This document shows, one piece after another, positions 61,332-64,000 of a DNA stretch of 64,000 nucleotides; position 1 is the first letter of the stretch; the number at the start of each line of letters is the position of its first letter. Source of the DNA: Ostrea edulis. Taxonomy: Eukaryota. The notes under the pieces are model-generated. The model was not told where the DNA came from. It saw only the letters and a list, made by a program, of their open reading frames with translations, and searched no databases. The DNA lies in the NCBI RefSeq assembly GCF_947568905.1, contig NC_079165.1:101246001-101310000 (forward strand). The letters run 5' to 3'. Position numbers and translations under genes: made by a program.

Positions 61332-64000
<2,669 letters not shown>

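Overview
AT-rich eukaryotic genomic DNA with GT-AG introns. The repeat families suggest a bivalve, probably an oyster (inference). Host genes built by hand from splice sites: the last three exons of a RING-H2 E3 ligase (+, 1-925); a complete 11-exon fatty-acid transport protein of the SLC27A1/4 type (-, 9117-18895, 643 aa); a 5-exon nucleoside hydrolase (+, 29662-37316, 318 aa); a 3-exon C-type-lectin-domain membrane protein nested antisense in intron 3 of that hydrolase (-, 31334-33728); a ~1400-aa Gln/Asn/Pro/Ser-rich, probably secreted protein with an unrecognised globular C-terminal domain (-, 39680-45164); and the 5' part of DDX39B/UAP56 (+, 61332 to beyond 64000). Repeats include V-domain SINEs with three different heads, TTAA-flanked Kolobok-type elements, CAG-ended MITEs with 5-bp TSDs, Helentron/Pearl-like elements, a decayed DIRS element, LINE fragments and several minisatellites. 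Most interesting leads: (1) a near full-length APE-RT LINE inserted in a 33-bp minisatellite, whose 5' end has HDV-ribozyme-like architecture echoed in the non-tRNA head of the commonest SINE here; (2) a perfect 18x41-bp array born from the dead ORF1 of that LINE; (3) a Cys/His small ORF plus an alternative donor in a DDX39B intron; (4) the nested lectin receptor; (5) the Q-rich protein. All RNA-structure and function statements are hypotheses from manual inspection; no searches were run.
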